A stretch of 64,000 nucleotides of DNA from a virus (lineage: Duplodnaviria > Caudoviricetes), in IMG/VR virus record IMGVR_UViG_3300035670_000193, positions 1,154-65,153 of that record, one strand, 5' to 3'. Of the stretch, positions 1 to 13,600 are shown piece by piece. The position numbers and the translations under genes were made by a program. The notes under the pieces were generated by a model. It did no database searches and was not told the origin of the DNA. It saw only the letters and a list, made by a program, of their open reading frames with translations. Position 1 is the stretch's first letter; each line of letters begins with the position of its first letter.

Positions 1-1596
1 AACATTAAACAATCAGTTGTTGGTACAAATCAATTTACTGTAGATATTTCTGCAAATCCAACTTTGACATTTGAAATACCAGACACAAATATCGATACTT
101 CAACACTAACTGTCACAGTACAAGATTCTGGTGCAAATAGTTATTATGATGTGTTTACTTTAGCAACCGACTACACAAATCTAACATCAACAAGCCAAGT
201 TTTCTTTTTACAAGAAGGTATTCGTGGTTTTTATGAAATCTATTTTGGTGACGGAATCGTAGGGCAAACATTACAGAATGGAAATATAGTAAATGTTTCT
301 TATCTGTCAACAAAAGGTTCTGCTGCAGAAGGCGCTAATAGTTTTACTCTGTTGGATACAATTGGTGGTTTTTCTGTCACAGACATTACACCGGTTCTTT
401 CTGCAACAAGAGGTAAGAATAGAGAGTCTGTTGATTCAATTAGATTTCAAGCACCAAAAGCTTACGCAACAAATTCCCGAGCTGTATCAAAGAATGACTA
501 TATTACAATCATACAACAAAACAAGTATGGTATAAGTTTAGATGCAGTTAATGTGTGGGGTGGCGAAGAAATGAATCCACCCGTTTATGGTAAAATTTAT
601 GTTTCCATCAAACCATCTGGTGGTTATAGTCTAACTGAAGAACAAAAAAATATTTTAATTAATGATGTTATCAAACCAGTTTCGGTGATGACAGTTACAC
701 CAGAAATAGTTTCACCAGAATATTTGTACTTATTGTTTACTTCAAACGTTACATTTGACCCAAGAAAAACAAATAGAACTGCTGCACAAATACAAGACTT
801 AATTAAAGCAGGCGTAATAACTTTCTGTCAAAATACATTGAACACTTTCAATGCGACTTTTTCTGTCGGTGATTTGATTGTTTATACTCAGGCACTTGAC
901 CGAGCAATCATTGGTATTGACTTTGATGTTACATTACAAAGAAGAATATTACCAGAACTAATCAATGCAAAAACTTATGCGGTTGAGTTTAATAATCCGT
1001 TAAGAAAGTTTGCAAATCAATCTGTTACTTTCCCGGTTTCATTTGGTCAGTACGATATCAATGCAAACTATTACCCACAAGTTTTCTATGAAGAGAGAAA
1101 TGACCTATCAACTGGTTTAGACAGTATCATACTTATAAATGGTGGTTCAGGTTATAGTTCTGCTCCCGTTGTAACAATTTATGGTGATGGTACTGGTGCA
1201 ACCGCAACAGCAGACGTTTTAAATGGTGTCATAACAGATATTCGAATCACAAACTCAGGTAGAAATTATACTCAAGCGTTAGTTGCAATTACAGACACAA
1301 CTGGTACTGGAGCTTCTGCCACCGCAACACTTAAAGATAACTATACAGGTTTGAGAACATACTATTTCCAAAACTTAATTAAGAACGTGTTAACACAAGA
1401 CGCAGGATTAATTGATTATACAAAAGGTATTGTTACACTTACAGACTTCCAACCTTATACAATAAACAGTATTGATGGTTACTTTAAAGTCAATGCGTTG
1501 GCACAAGACAGAGTTGTTGCTTCCAGTTTTAATAAAATTATCACACTTGATTCAAGTGACCCAACAGCAATTACTGTAAATGTAACAACAATCTAA
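1..1596 (+). CDS. gp6: Baseplate wedge subunit, T4 gp6-like (5' truncated by the window edge)
   Basis: Frame is open from base 1. Motifs ESVDSIRFQAPKAYATNSRAVSKNDY and VWGGEE..PPVYGKIYVSIKP are typical of gp6, and the gene lies upstream of gp7/gp8. Confidence 0.9.
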   Translation, partial: NIKQSVVGTNQFTVDISANPTLTFEIPDTNIDTSTLTVTVQDSGANSYYDVFTLATDYTNLTSTSQVFFLQEGIRGFYEIYFGDGIVGQTLQNGNIVNVSYLSTKGSAAEGANSFTLLDTIGGFSVTDITPVLSATRGKNRESVDSIRFQAPKAYATNSRAVSKNDYITIIQQNKYGISLDAVNVWGGEEMNPPVYGKIYVSIKPSGGYSLTEEQKNILINDVIKPVSVMTVTPEIVSPEYLYLLFTSNVTFDPRKTNRTAAQIQDLIKAGVITFCQNTLNTFNATFSVGDLIVYTQALDRAIIGIDFDVTLQRRILPELINAKTYAVEFNNPLRKFANQSVTFPVSFGQYDINANYYPQVFYEERNDLSTGLDSIILINGGSGYSSAPVVTIYGDGTGATATADVLNGVITDIRITNSGRNYTQALVAITDTTGTGASATATLKDNYTGLRTYYFQNLIKNVLTQDAGLIDYTKGIVTLTDFQPYTINSIDGYFKVNALAQDRVVASSFNKIITLDSSDPTAITVNVTTI

Positions 1597-1597
1597 T

Positions 1598-4399
1598 ATG
1601 TCTTTTTCTAAAAAAACATCACTACTAATACCATCACAACTTCCCGCCTTTATTCGGGAAGACCCAAACTATTCTACTTTTGTACTATTTTTACAAGCAT
1701 ATTATGAGTGGATGGAACAACAAGGTGGTGCTGTATATGAATCAAAAAGGATACCAGATTACTATGACATAGACAGTACTTTAGATTCTTTCTTAGATTA
1801 CTTTAAGACACAATTCTTAAATCTTTTTCCTCAAGGTAGTTTAGTTGACGAAAGAAAATTACTTAAACATTCTAGGGAAATATTTGGTACTAAAGGTACA
1901 CCAACATCTTTTCGTTTTCTTTTTAAAGTACTGTATGGTTCCGATGTAGAGGTTTTTAATACAAAAGACTTTGTATTTCGTGCATCTGATGGTAAATGGA
2001 TTGTAACCAAATCAATACAGGTAAACAATATTAATGATGCGTGGAAAGGCACCAGAGGTTATAAGATTTTTGGTGAAACATCACTCGCTTATGCGGTCAT
2101 TGAAAAAATAGAACAAAATGGCCAGTTTACAACATTAATTCTTTCGGATGTTTTTAGAACTTTTGTATCTGGAGAAAACGTAAGAGTAGTTGATGACACA
2201 AATAGCACAGTTTTAATTAATGGTTCTTCAGTAACAGGTCGAATAATTGGTTTAGTTAATTCTGTTAATATAGACCCATCATTTAGAGGTCAAAATTACA
2301 AAATTGGAGACCCTGTAGTATTTTATGGTGGTTTAGATTCTAATGTTGCAAATCCTGTTGGTGCCAATGCAGTTGTTTCTTCTATAACTGATTCAAGCTT
2401 TGTTGCTTTATTAAAACAATTTGCTGGAACAGGATATAGTTTAAACAATACAGAAATTAGTATAACTTCCACTTTAGTGGGTTCTGGTGGTGCTGTAGCT
2501 TCTTTAACTTCTGTTGATGCCAATACTTATTTTGTTAATTGGTTGTCATCTGATACTGTACAAGATGCAGGTTATCCAAATAGAGAAAACATAACTCTCA
2601 ATTCAACATTCGAATTTCCAAACGTTGGTATTACAAACGCAAACGTGGCCCTTAGTGAAGTTTTAAGTTTTTCTAATATAACGACCTTTGGTGTAAATTC
2701 TTTTGTGATTGTTGTTCCTGGAACCGGTTACACTCCAGAAAGCACATCTGTAGATATTATTGGACAATACGTTGTTGCTGACAATGCAAAAACAAATTTT
2801 GCAAGTTCTGGAATGTTGTCACCTATTCTGATATCAGAAGGTGGAATAAACTATGTCATAGGTGAAACTATTATATTCACTGGTGGTTCAGGATTTGGTG
2901 CTTTTGCAAACGTGACCAATGTCGATGGACTAGGAGGCATAACTTCTGTTGAATATGTGCCTGACCCAGCTGGAGAATTAATTTTACCTTTAGGTGGTAT
3001 GGGTTATAGATTAGATGGATTACCAGAACTTTCTGTAAATACTGTTGCCGGAGCAAATGCTGTATTGTATATTCCAGGTTTAGTTGGTGACGATGCAACA
3101 GCAACACCAGCACTTACACCTTCTGGTCAAATTATTTCGATAGAATTTTCTGAAAAAGGTCGAAATTATGTTCAAAAACCAGGAGTTTCTTTTAGGGTAT
3201 TAGATTTATTAGCTTATAATAATAATCCAATTAATTCAGTACAACCTGGTGACAGACTCATACAAACAACAACAGACACACCATCAGGAAATATTAATTT
3301 CTTTGCAAATGTTGATAGTTTGTCTGTTTATACTTCCAATTCAGACCCATTCTATACAACTTATAGTATCAGACTGTTTAATTATTCAAGTGATATTATT
3401 AACACAAGTGCTAATTTAATTGTTGTGCGTGATGGAGAATTAATAGGTTCAAATCTCAGAGTTAACACAGCCAATTCTGGTCTTTATACTTCTGGTAAAT
3501 TAATTTATGGTAATGGGCTCGCTAGAGGTACTGTAAATCTTTCACAAGGATTACAGTATGGAAATGGTATATTTTTGAACTCGGATGGTCAACCATCAGG
3601 TTCTTCAATTCTACAAGATGAAGACTACAATGAGTTTACTTATTTCTTAAAAGTAGACCAGGCACTCAAAGAATATAAAGACACAGCTTTAAGTTTCTTA
3701 CATCCTTCAGGTATACGATATAAGACATTTAACAAATTAGATGATAAGGTGAGTTTCAATCTAGGTTCTTCAAGCCAAACAATACCATTCTCTAAATTGA
3801 GTTCTTTATTGGGTGTTTTCACATACTCAGCAAACATTGCAAATACAAATTACTCAAATACAATTATATTTACTGGATTATCCGGAGTAAATATTGCCAA
3901 TGTTGTTTTGGCAAATTCTTTCTTAACTTTCTATACCACTTATGGAGAACCTTTCACATCAAGGGTGGTTGGTTCAGAAGGTAATAACACAATTATATTG
4001 GAAGATAATTGGATTACCTCAGTTCCAAATGTTGCATTTGGTTTCTCTGTTGGTAATACAAACTCTATAAATATCATAGAGACAACAAATGCGTGGAGCA
4101 TTGCTACTGGTAATATATACACTTATTTGAGTGATTTTGTTAATATTAATGATGATATTACTTTTAATGGAAATACTTCTAATGTCACTCAAATCACTCA
4201 GCAATCTAGATTTCCAACGATTAATTTACACAATATCGTACTAGCAAATTCTAATGGATACATAACATTAACAAGAAATGTTGTAACAAATAATGTTTGG
4301 GTTGCTGGTAATGTTTCAATTGCAGAATTGGTACAAATTCAGACAGAGGCTGGTGACACTCTCACAACTGAACTGTCAGACATACTCATACTAGGATAA
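1598..4399 (+). CDS. gp7: Baseplate wedge initiator, T4 gp7-like
   Basis: N-terminal QLPAFIRED..FVLFLQAYYEWME, KGTPTSFRFLFKVLYG, and C-terminal LQDEDYNEFTY..LHPSG; sits between gp6 and gp8. Confidence 0.8.
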   Translation: MSFSKKTSLLIPSQLPAFIREDPNYSTFVLFLQAYYEWMEQQGGAVYESKRIPDYYDIDSTLDSFLDYFKTQFLNLFPQGSLVDERKLLKHSREIFGTKGTPTSFRFLFKVLYGSDVEVFNTKDFVFRASDGKWIVTKSIQVNNINDAWKGTRGYKIFGETSLAYAVIEKIEQNGQFTTLILSDVFRTFVSGENVRVVDDTNSTVLINGSSVTGRIIGLVNSVNIDPSFRGQNYKIGDPVVFYGGLDSNVANPVGANAVVSSITDSSFVALLKQFAGTGYSLNNTEISITSTLVGSGGAVASLTSVDANTYFVNWLSSDTVQDAGYPNRENITLNSTFEFPNVGITNANVALSEVLSFSNITTFGVNSFVIVVPGTGYTPESTSVDIIGQYVVADNAKTNFASSGMLSPILISEGGINYVIGETIIFTGGSGFGAFANVTNVDGLGGITSVEYVPDPAGELILPLGGMGYRLDGLPELSVNTVAGANAVLYIPGLVGDDATATPALTPSGQIISIEFSEKGRNYVQKPGVSFRVLDLLAYNNNPINSVQPGDRLIQTTTDTPSGNINFFANVDSLSVYTSNSDPFYTTYSIRLFNYSSDIINTSANLIVVRDGELIGSNLRVNTANSGLYTSGKLIYGNGLARGTVNLSQGLQYGNGIFLNSDGQPSGSSILQDEDYNEFTYFLKVDQALKEYKDTALSFLHPSGIRYKTFNKLDDKVSFNLGSSSQTIPFSKLSSLLGVFTYSANIANTNYSNTIIFTGLSGVNIANVVLANSFLTFYTTYGEPFTSRVVGSEGNNTIILEDNWITSVPNVAFGFSVGNTNSINIIETTNAWSIATGNIYTYLSDFVNINDDITFNGNTSNVTQITQQSRFPTINLHNIVLANSNGYITLTRNVVTNNVWVAGNVSIAELVQIQTEAGDTLTTELSDILILG

Positions 4400-4401
4400 A
4401 A

Positions 4402-6213
4402 ATGGCACTCATAAAAATATCACAATTACCTCAGTCAGCAAATTTAAATCCAAATCCTTTTGATTCGTATTTTGTTACTGTTGACTCTGATTCTCTCACA
4501 ACAACCAAAATTAGTGCAAAAGCGGTTGGTGATACTCTTTATGCGAACAATCAACTTTATGTTGGTTCTGGTGGTGTTGCACTCACAAACGTCATTGCAC
4601 AATTTACTGGTTCAGATGCACTATACTTACAAACATCAGTACAAAACTTAGATGCAAATGGTTCTTCGGACTATGTTATTACTGCCGATGACGGTACAAA
4701 TGAAAGTTACTATGTTGATTTAGGATATAATAACTCTGCCTTTAGTGACCCCGATTATTCCGCCATGTCTGCTCACGATGCATATTTGTTTGTAAAGGGT
4801 GAAGTTGATGATAGTTTTGGTGGAAATTTAGTCGTGGGTACTTCGGCACGTGGAGCTAATGTTGTGTTCATTGCTGGTGGCACACTCAGTTCAAACATTG
4901 TTGGAAGATTTCACACAAATTCAATTACATTTTTAAGAGATTTATACATCAATGGTGCTAATGTAATTACAAGTGGACTATATCAATTTGCTGACGGCAC
5001 ACAACAACAAACAGCTGCCATTAAGAGTGACTACATCACATCAGGTTTTAGTGTTGCCAACTCTGCATACACCGCAGCAAACAATGGTTTGTTATTGGCA
5101 AACTCAGCATACAACTATGCCAATGTGAGTGTTTCGTACATCAATTCAATTAACGTTTTACAAAACACCAACATAGAATCAGTTAATACATTTACACAAT
5201 CATCATACGATTCTGCAAATTCAGGATTAATTTTAGCTGATGCTGCTTTTGCGAAAGCCAATGCTGCATTGGCCAATACAACAGGAATATTTGATGGTGA
5301 TTTAACAATTACTGGAAACACTAACGCACAGGCAGTTAACACGGCGAATATATTTGTTGCTGGTACAACAACACTTATTGGTGATGTATTAATGAATGCA
5401 AACACCTATATGACTGGTGCTGTAACTGTCAATAGCACTATGGTTCTTGCAAATACCACCTTTAGTGCATCGGAAGCTGCCTTTAGCATCACGGCCGCAG
5501 GAAGTTCACAAACTCCAACACAGGCCGGTACATTGATGCAATTGACCAGTAAAGCAGATACACCTGCTAGAGTGTTGATTGATTCTTTTGGTACTTCAAA
5601 TACAGCATATCCTATCATTGCTGGTAGAAATGCCAGAGGTACAGTAAATGCCCCAACAGCAACACAGAACAATGATATTCTGTTGCGTATTGCTGGTAAC
5701 TCTTATGGTGATACAGGATATGCACCATTCGGCGATGCAAGAATCGATTTTGTTGCTAGTGAAAATCATACAGATACCGCTCGTGGTTCCAGAATAAGAT
5801 TTTGGAATACACCAAATGGTTCAAATGTTGTAAATGAAATTGCTTCATTTAATGCCGATTCTGTTTATTTTACTGGTACCGTGGCACCAGAAAAAGGTTT
5901 CATTTATACACCAAATATTGAAAGTGCAATAGTAACAACAGTCAATTTAGATTTTGCTAGAGATTCTCTGCGAAAGTTTACTATAAACGATAATCTTACT
6001 ATTACTTTAAGTAATTTTGTATATGGTAAAGTAATTGAAGTTTGGATTGTTAACTCAGCGGCACAAAATAAAACAGTTACTCACGGATGTTTTGCTAACA
6101 ATTCAACAGAACATTCGACAACATTTACGATTGTATCGCAATCATGTGCATATTTGAGATATTTTAGTATTGATGGTGACTTAGCTAATACCTTCGTTTC
6201 TATAACAGCATAA
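4402..6213 (+). CDS. Virion structural / tail-fibre-like protein
   Basis: IKISQLP N-terminus, A/N/T-rich coiled segment and beta-rich repeats; located in the baseplate module. Confidence 0.6.
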   Translation: MALIKISQLPQSANLNPNPFDSYFVTVDSDSLTTTKISAKAVGDTLYANNQLYVGSGGVALTNVIAQFTGSDALYLQTSVQNLDANGSSDYVITADDGTNESYYVDLGYNNSAFSDPDYSAMSAHDAYLFVKGEVDDSFGGNLVVGTSARGANVVFIAGGTLSSNIVGRFHTNSITFLRDLYINGANVITSGLYQFADGTQQQTAAIKSDYITSGFSVANSAYTAANNGLLLANSAYNYANVSVSYINSINVLQNTNIESVNTFTQSSYDSANSGLILADAAFAKANAALANTTGIFDGDLTITGNTNAQAVNTANIFVAGTTTLIGDVLMNANTYMTGAVTVNSTMVLANTTFSASEAAFSITAAGSSQTPTQAGTLMQLTSKADTPARVLIDSFGTSNTAYPIIAGRNARGTVNAPTATQNNDILLRIAGNSYGDTGYAPFGDARIDFVASENHTDTARGSRIRFWNTPNGSNVVNEIASFNADSVYFTGTVAPEKGFIYTPNIESAIVTTVNLDFARDSLRKFTINDNLTITLSNFVYGKVIEVWIVNSAAQNKTVTHGCFANNSTEHSTTFTIVSQSCAYLRYFSIDGDLANTFVSITA

Positions 6214-6223
6214 TAAATAAAAC

Positions 6224-7597
6224 ATGGCAAATACAGTAAACGGATTATTAACATACGAAGGTGCAACGGCAATTATTGGTACGTTGTATCTCTCAAATGC
6301 TCCAACACAATCAACAAACGCACTATCTAGAATCTATACAGTTCTAGGCAAAGTTGATTCTTGGCCAGATGACAATGCACCTCCTATGCCAGGTGAAACA
6401 GCCTATGACTTTAAAGTTGTTTCGAAAAACTTTTTTGCTGGTAAAAAAATTACCGCTTCTTCCATTTCTCCAGTTATACCACGTTTTGACTGGACTTCAG
6501 GATTCATCTACTCACAGTACACAGATTATGATACCATCATAACATATGATGCAGATGGTATAATGAACAATCCATTCTATGTTAGAAATCGATATGACCA
6601 AATTTTCAAATGTCTTTGGAACAATAATGGTTCACCATCGACTGTAGAACCTGTTGTACAACCTGGTTCTACAAATGTCACACAAGCAATGATAATGGAA
6701 GATGGTTACAAATGGATATATCTTACAACGATTGACAAAGGACTGAAAAAGACATTCTTTGATAACAATTGGATGCCAATAACATACGATAGAACTCCAC
6801 CAAATACTTTAGGTGGTGCAAAGTTTGGTTCAATTGATGCAATTAATATCACTAATGCTGGTAATGATTACATAACAGGAATTTCAACGACAACTATTAC
6901 AGTTAATGGTGACGGTGTAGGTGCAGCTGCATATGCCAACGTTATGCACGGTGAAATTCAGGACATTATTGTTACTAGCGCAGGCAACAACTATACGTTT
7001 GCAACAGTAACAATACAATCAACTACAGCCAATGGTTCTGGTGCGACTGCAAATGCAGTAGTATCACCAATTGGTGGCCACGGATACGACATTGTTTCAG
7101 AGTTAGGTTGTAATCACGTAATGATTACTTCTGAGTTTAATGGTAGTGAAAGTTCATCTGTCAATTCAACTTATTTAAGTCAGATACCATTACCAACAGA
7201 CGTTTCTTTTAGACAGGTAGGTTTGATATTGAATCCTCTTTTATCAAACGGTCAGGAAGCAACAGATTTGGTGTACAATATGTCAGATATTTTGACAACA
7301 TCATCTGGTGTTGGCGAATTTGTATCAGGAGAAAGAGTTGAACAGACTGATTTTTCTGCAATTTTAGTATCACATGATACAACAAACAATATTATTTCGT
7401 TAATAAATACAGAAGGCACTTACACTCTTGGTGCTCCTATCGTAGGTGCAAATTCTGGTGTGTCAAGAGTTATTTTAACATATACACCAACAGTCGTAAA
7501 TTTAGCTTCTGGATATTTAATGTACTATGAGAATAGGATACCTGTTGAAAGGTCTCCTTCAGGAAATGAACAGACACGAATAGTCTTACAATTTTAA
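6224..7597 (+). CDS. gp8: Baseplate wedge subunit, T4 gp8-like
   Basis: PRFDWTSG, FYVRNRYDQIFKCLWN, DGYKWIYL, GGHGYD..ELG, FRQVGLILNP and C-terminal YYENR.P..R motifs. Confidence 0.85.
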   Translation: MANTVNGLLTYEGATAIIGTLYLSNAPTQSTNALSRIYTVLGKVDSWPDDNAPPMPGETAYDFKVVSKNFFAGKKITASSISPVIPRFDWTSGFIYSQYTDYDTIITYDADGIMNNPFYVRNRYDQIFKCLWNNNGSPSTVEPVVQPGSTNVTQAMIMEDGYKWIYLTTIDKGLKKTFFDNNWMPITYDRTPPNTLGGAKFGSIDAINITNAGNDYITGISTTTITVNGDGVGAAAYANVMHGEIQDIIVTSAGNNYTFATVTIQSTTANGSGATANAVVSPIGGHGYDIVSELGCNHVMITSEFNGSESSSVNSTYLSQIPLPTDVSFRQVGLILNPLLSNGQEATDLVYNMSDILTTSSGVGEFVSGERVEQTDFSAILVSHDTTNNIISLINTEGTYTLGAPIVGANSGVSRVILTYTPTVVNLASGYLMYYENRIPVERSPSGNEQTRIVLQF

Positions 7598-7606
7598 GGT
7601 AAAAAA

Positions 7607-10600
7607 ATGGCACAAAACTACAATATTGACCCATACTTTGACGATTTTAATCCCGATAAAAATTTCTATAGAATTCTTTTTAAGCCTGGGTATGCCGTTC
7701 AAGCACGTGAGTTAACTCAGTCTCAAACAATCCTACAAAATCAAATTTCTAATTTTGCTGAAGCAATTTATTCTCAAAATACACCTGTGTCTGGTGGTAA
7801 AGTTACCACAAACCTCAATGCAAAGTACATTAAATTAAATTCAACATTTAACAATGCCTCCGTTGTTGCTGCCGATTTCTTAAATAAAAAAATTACTGAT
7901 GTTACTGGCACTATTCTCGCTTCTGTGACCGCTACAGACGAGGCGACAGGAAATGCAATATTAGAAGGTGACCCACCAACTCTTGTTGTAACATATCTTT
8001 CTGGCACACAATTCTCAGACGGCATGACTGTCTATATTACTGATGGTGAGACAGCTACACCATATGCAACAACAATTGGTAATCCAGGTGGCACAACATC
8101 TATCGGTAATTCTTCAACCGTCTCCGTTTCACGTGGTGTTTTTTGGGTTATCAATGGCTATAACACAATTCAAAATGCAGATGGAACAACTTCACAATTT
8201 AGAATTGGTAATTTTGTAACTTGTTTGCCACAAACAGCTATTCTTGATAAGTACGATAATTCGCCAACACTACGTGCTGGTTTAAATATTGTAGAAGAAA
8301 CAGTAACATATATTGATGATTCTTCTTTATTAGACCCAGCTGTTGGTTCTACAAACTATCAAGCGCCTGGTGCAGACCGTTACAAAATCAGTTTGAATCT
8401 CATCACAAAACCAATTACTTTTGGTGACGATGAATCATTTATTGAATTAGTTCGATACGATGCTGGTGAAACTGTAAAACAATCCGACAACACAGTTTAT
8501 TCAGCTATCGATGATTACTTTGCAAAAAGAGACTATGAAACAAATGGTGATTATATTGTCAATGACTTCAAGTTAACACCAGTACCAACTGCAAACGGAA
8601 ATTCTAATTTCTATGACATGATTATCAGTAAGGGTGTTGCGTATGTTCTTGGATATCGTGTCGAAAATCAATCAAACTATGCACTAACTGTACCAAGAGC
8701 AAGAACAACCACTACTGTAACTCCAGGTTCAAACAACACCTTCATCAATTATGGTAGTTACTTTGCAACAGACTATGCAAATGGTAATTTTAATATCTCA
8801 TCTTTCCCACAAGTAGATTTGCATTGTGTTGTTTCACAATCTGTTAACAATGCTACTGAAGCTTCTTATGCATCAACAAAAATAGGTACAGCTTTCCTTC
8901 GTGGATTGCAATTCGTTTATAACACAAGTGATTCAAATACAAAATCATATGTGTACAATGCGTTTGTAAATGATATTGAAACTTTCTCTCTAAGTTCAAA
9001 TGCAGCTGCAGGTTCTACATCAACTGAAATTAAATTCTACGACCTGTCATCATTTAAATTTTCAACATCTGCTAACGCATACTATGGTGGAACAATTCGA
9101 ATCGATTCTGGTACATCTGTTGGAGACATTCGAACAATTGTCTCTTACAATGCATCAACAAAAACAGCCACAGTTGACAGTCCATTTACAGTAACTCCTG
9201 ATGTAACAAGTCAGTTTACTTTGATTTTTGGTACACAGATGGCAAACTCTATTGTCAAAACTGCCAATACTGGTGGTACAGGTACAGTAGCAAGCCCACT
9301 TAGAAAATTTGTTGCCAATACAAACATCAATATTGCAAGTGGTAAAGTAAATGGTGTGCCAGCTGGTTATACTATTTTAAATAGTTCTGCTGCACCAGAA
9401 TTATTGTTCTCACTTGGTAATGAATACGTTGCAAACAATACAATTAATGAAACAACATTCTATTCAACTCAGTTGTTTAGAAATCAATCTTTCTCTGCTG
9501 TTTCAAATAGCTTTACAATTAATACCACATCACCAATGTATTTCCAAGGTACTACAGGTCAAACATATTTTGGTGATTCATTTAAAAATTTATTTACTGT
9601 TATTGATGAAACTACAGGACAAATATTAGCATTTAATGATGGTGCAAATACGGCCACAGTTAACACATCAACATCTGCAACCTTCTCATCAGCAGTATAT
9701 TCAAGAAATGGAAATCCAGTAACAGTTGTTGCTTCTGTCTACGCATCAATACCAGGTGTTGGTGATAGTACAGGTAATGTTTTAAAAATTAAAAATAAAA
9801 TTACAGGTAATGTAAACTTTGCTGGTGCAGGAGTTTTAACTCCTATTGTTAATAGTGCAGGAGGAGCAAACACTAACACATTCTTAGATGTAAATTCTGG
9901 CCAAACTTATGTAACAGCAAACATTGCAAATTTAACTACACCAATATCTTTATATGTTTCTGATTTAATCACAGTACAAAAAATTATTGATACTGGTTCC
10001 GCTGCGGTTGAAATTGCAGCTGGCGATAGTTTATCAAACTTTACAGATATAACAACATCATTTAGTTTTAATGATGGACAAAAAGACAACTTCTATGACC
10101 ACGCAACAATTCAATTAAAACCTGGTGCTATTCCACCATTAGGTAATATGTTAGTTGTCTATGATTATTATTCTCACTCTGGTGGTGATGGATTCTTTAC
10201 TGTAAGTTCTTATATCGATGAAGATTATAGAAAAATACCAACATACATTGCAAAAAATGGTACTGTCTACAGTTTAAGAGATTGTGTTGACTTTAGACCA
10301 ACTAGAAAAAATGGCGTATTAGATTACACTTGGGATTATAAATCTCTACCATCAACAACAAGTGGTGGTATTTTCTTCCCACAAAATAGGTCTAATTTTA
10401 TTTGCGGTTACAATTATTATCTTGGTCGTAGAGATAAACTTGTCTTAACAAAAGACAGCGAATTTTTAATGATAATAGGTACTCCAGCAAAGAACGCACA
10501 ATATCCTATTGAACCAGATGGTTCATTACTATTAGCTCAAATTACATTAGACCCATACACTTCATATGTTCCTGGTGAAGGTCCAAATTATGTTGCTGCT

Positions 10601-13600
10601 GAATCAACATATGGTGTTACATCAACAAGTGAACCATCAAATCTTTCTGTAACAAAAATTCTACACAAACGTTGGGCAAAATCAGACATTACTGATTTAC
10701 AAACTCAAGTTAATAACTTAGAGTATTATACTGCTCTGAGTATTTTAGAATCAAATGCCAATGCATTACAAATTCCAGATGTAAATGGATTAAATCGTTT
10801 TAAAAATGGTATTCTTGTTGATGACTTTAGTTCATTCGCAACAGCTGAAACCTATTCAGAAGATTTCAATGCAAATATTAACATTCGTAAAAAGACTCTT
10901 GGTCCTGTCAGTTTCGTTACGAACTATTCATTACAAAATCCTCAAGTAATAGGAAGTTATGGTACAGCATCACAACCAGTAAATACATTCACTATCAATT
11001 CTTTGAATGGCTCATTAACAAATCTATTCACACTACCATATAGCGTTGAAAATATTGCTGTACAACAATTAGGTAGTGGAACAATCAGTATCAATCCATT
11101 TAACGTTGTTAACTATGAAGGTATTTGTACACTAAATCCTCCAATTGATAATTGGGTTAATTCACATGAAGTACCAAGTATTTTAATTACAGACCCACGA
11201 TATCAATTTACACAAACAACAGGCGGTGTAAACTTAACTAACGCAGGTGACTATCAATCTATACCTGGTACCACACAACAATACAATCAAGAATTAGCTG
11301 CTGCAACAAACGACAGTTATGCTTCACAAACTGTTGGTATTAACAGAGCAACTAACACTTCTTCGGCGGCCGCAGCACCACTTTCTGCACAAAATGGTTA
11401 TGTTACTAATGAAGGTCTTAGAGCGTACATTCGACCACAAGAGGTTATTGTACGTGCAAAAGGTCTTTTAGTAAATTCTCCACTTTCTGCTTGGTTTGAT
11501 GGGTTAAATGTTGACAAGTACATTACTCAACCAGATATAATTGAACTAACTGGTGTAAGAGGAAACTTTAAAGAAGATGATATCATTGGATTCTACGACA
11601 ATACCTACACCTTTAGTTTTTATCCTGTTGGTCGTGTTGTTTCTGCATACAAATATCCAACAAACAATCAAACTCGTTTGTACATTTCTGAGTATATTCA
11701 ATTACCAACTCAAGTACCAACAAATAATTTAATCAATGCATACTTTGCTGCTAATGGAAAATATTTGTATAGTACTGCCTATGGTAATGTAACATTTACA
11801 AATGCAAATTCAATTCTTTATCTAACAACAAGTGGTACTGTTACAGGACCAGGCATTACTTTCACCACATTAGGAAATACAAGTTCAATTAAAACTATTT
11901 ACAAGTCACCAAAGCTCTGGGGAACAGAAGCAGCAGGAACACTTTTAAATAACTACGGAGTTTGGGGTGACAATAACTTTGGAACAACATACAATGTTGG
12001 TAATGGTTTTAGAGTTCCAATCACTTCAAATGGAGTGTACACATTAAAAGTTGTTTCTACTGCTACCGGTACTGTTGGTTTTGGTAATAATGATAGCATT
12101 TTAAGTCCAGCATCAAGCCCAACAAATGTATTAACAGCTGTTAAAAATATAAGTGGCAATGCTTCATTCTTAGCTAACACAACGATTCGTTGGAGCGTAA
12201 CTGCATCTGCTACATCAAACGCTTCTTTTGCAGCTGTTGTTTATGACGCAAATAATAATGTTATTTGGAATACTTTATCACCAAATGATTTAAAATTTGA
12301 TGGTTCAACAGCTAACATTGCTGGACCAGATGGTGGTATTTACTATGCTGGATTAAACACAGTTTCTTTATCAAGAGATTCATCAGATATTACAGATTTT
12401 TATGTAGGTGGTGAAATTACAATTAAATCAACTTACACATATCCATACAATTATCAAGCTACCTATTTGCCTCCTCCACCACAAAAAGTAATTCGTTCTT
12501 ATAGAACTGGTGATGGAGACCCATGGCAACCAATTGCGTATGTGTATGGTGATGATACAGTAAAAATAGCAGAACAACAAACAATACAAGATGCAGAAAG
12601 AAAACAAACAGCAATTTTAATGGAAACTTATACGTTTACTGCAAACATCGTTGACTACAATGGTGTTACAAAAGTAGCGACACTAGATAGACCTGTTGAC
12701 ATTGCAATGGGTACCAGTGCAATATATGGAAACTTAAATTCAAAATATAATATTCGTGGTACAGTTGCTAATGTGGCTGAAGCAAAGAGATTGGGTAATA
12801 CTATTCCTGGACTTTCTTCAAATGAAAATGGAGAATTTGTTGGTGTATTTTCTATACCAGGTTCACAATTCTTTAGTGGTGAAAGGGTATTCCGTGTAGA
12901 TAATAGAAACAGAGCTACAAACAATCCAGCTTCAGCAACAACATTTGCAGAGGCAACTTTCTATGCTGGTGGCATATTTAATTTAAATACACTATCACCA
13001 TCTGTTGATTCTTCAGCAACAACATTTACTAGATTGGATAAACAAAGTTATAACATTATTTCTATTGAATCACCAATGGACCCTCTTGCTCAAACATTTA
13101 TTTTAGACAAGAAAAATTATCCAAATGGTGCTTACTTAAATTCAATTAAATTGTTCTTTGCTCCGTTCCAAAATTTAAAGAAACCAACAACTCCTGTTAC
13201 AGTTTCAATCGTAGAAACATTAAATGGTTACCCAACAGGTAGAATATTGGATTATTCTAGAACTATTGTTGATGCAGCGGATATTAAAACATCCAATAGG
13301 CCACACTATCTAGCCGAAAATACATGGACAGAATTTGTATTTGATGCACCAGTTTATGTTGAATCTGGAGTATTATATGCTGTTCTGATTCAAGCAAATT
13401 CAGCTGACTATCTATTGTATTATGGTGGTCAAAATGAACCAGCGATTATATCAACAGCAAAAGCTTTACCAACAGACCCGGACCCATTAACACCATCTAA
13501 GATTGGTGCTACACCATATGTTGGTTCTCTGTTCGAATCACAAAATTCAATTACTTGGACTGCTGACCAAACTAAAGCGTTAATGTTTGTATTATCTGCT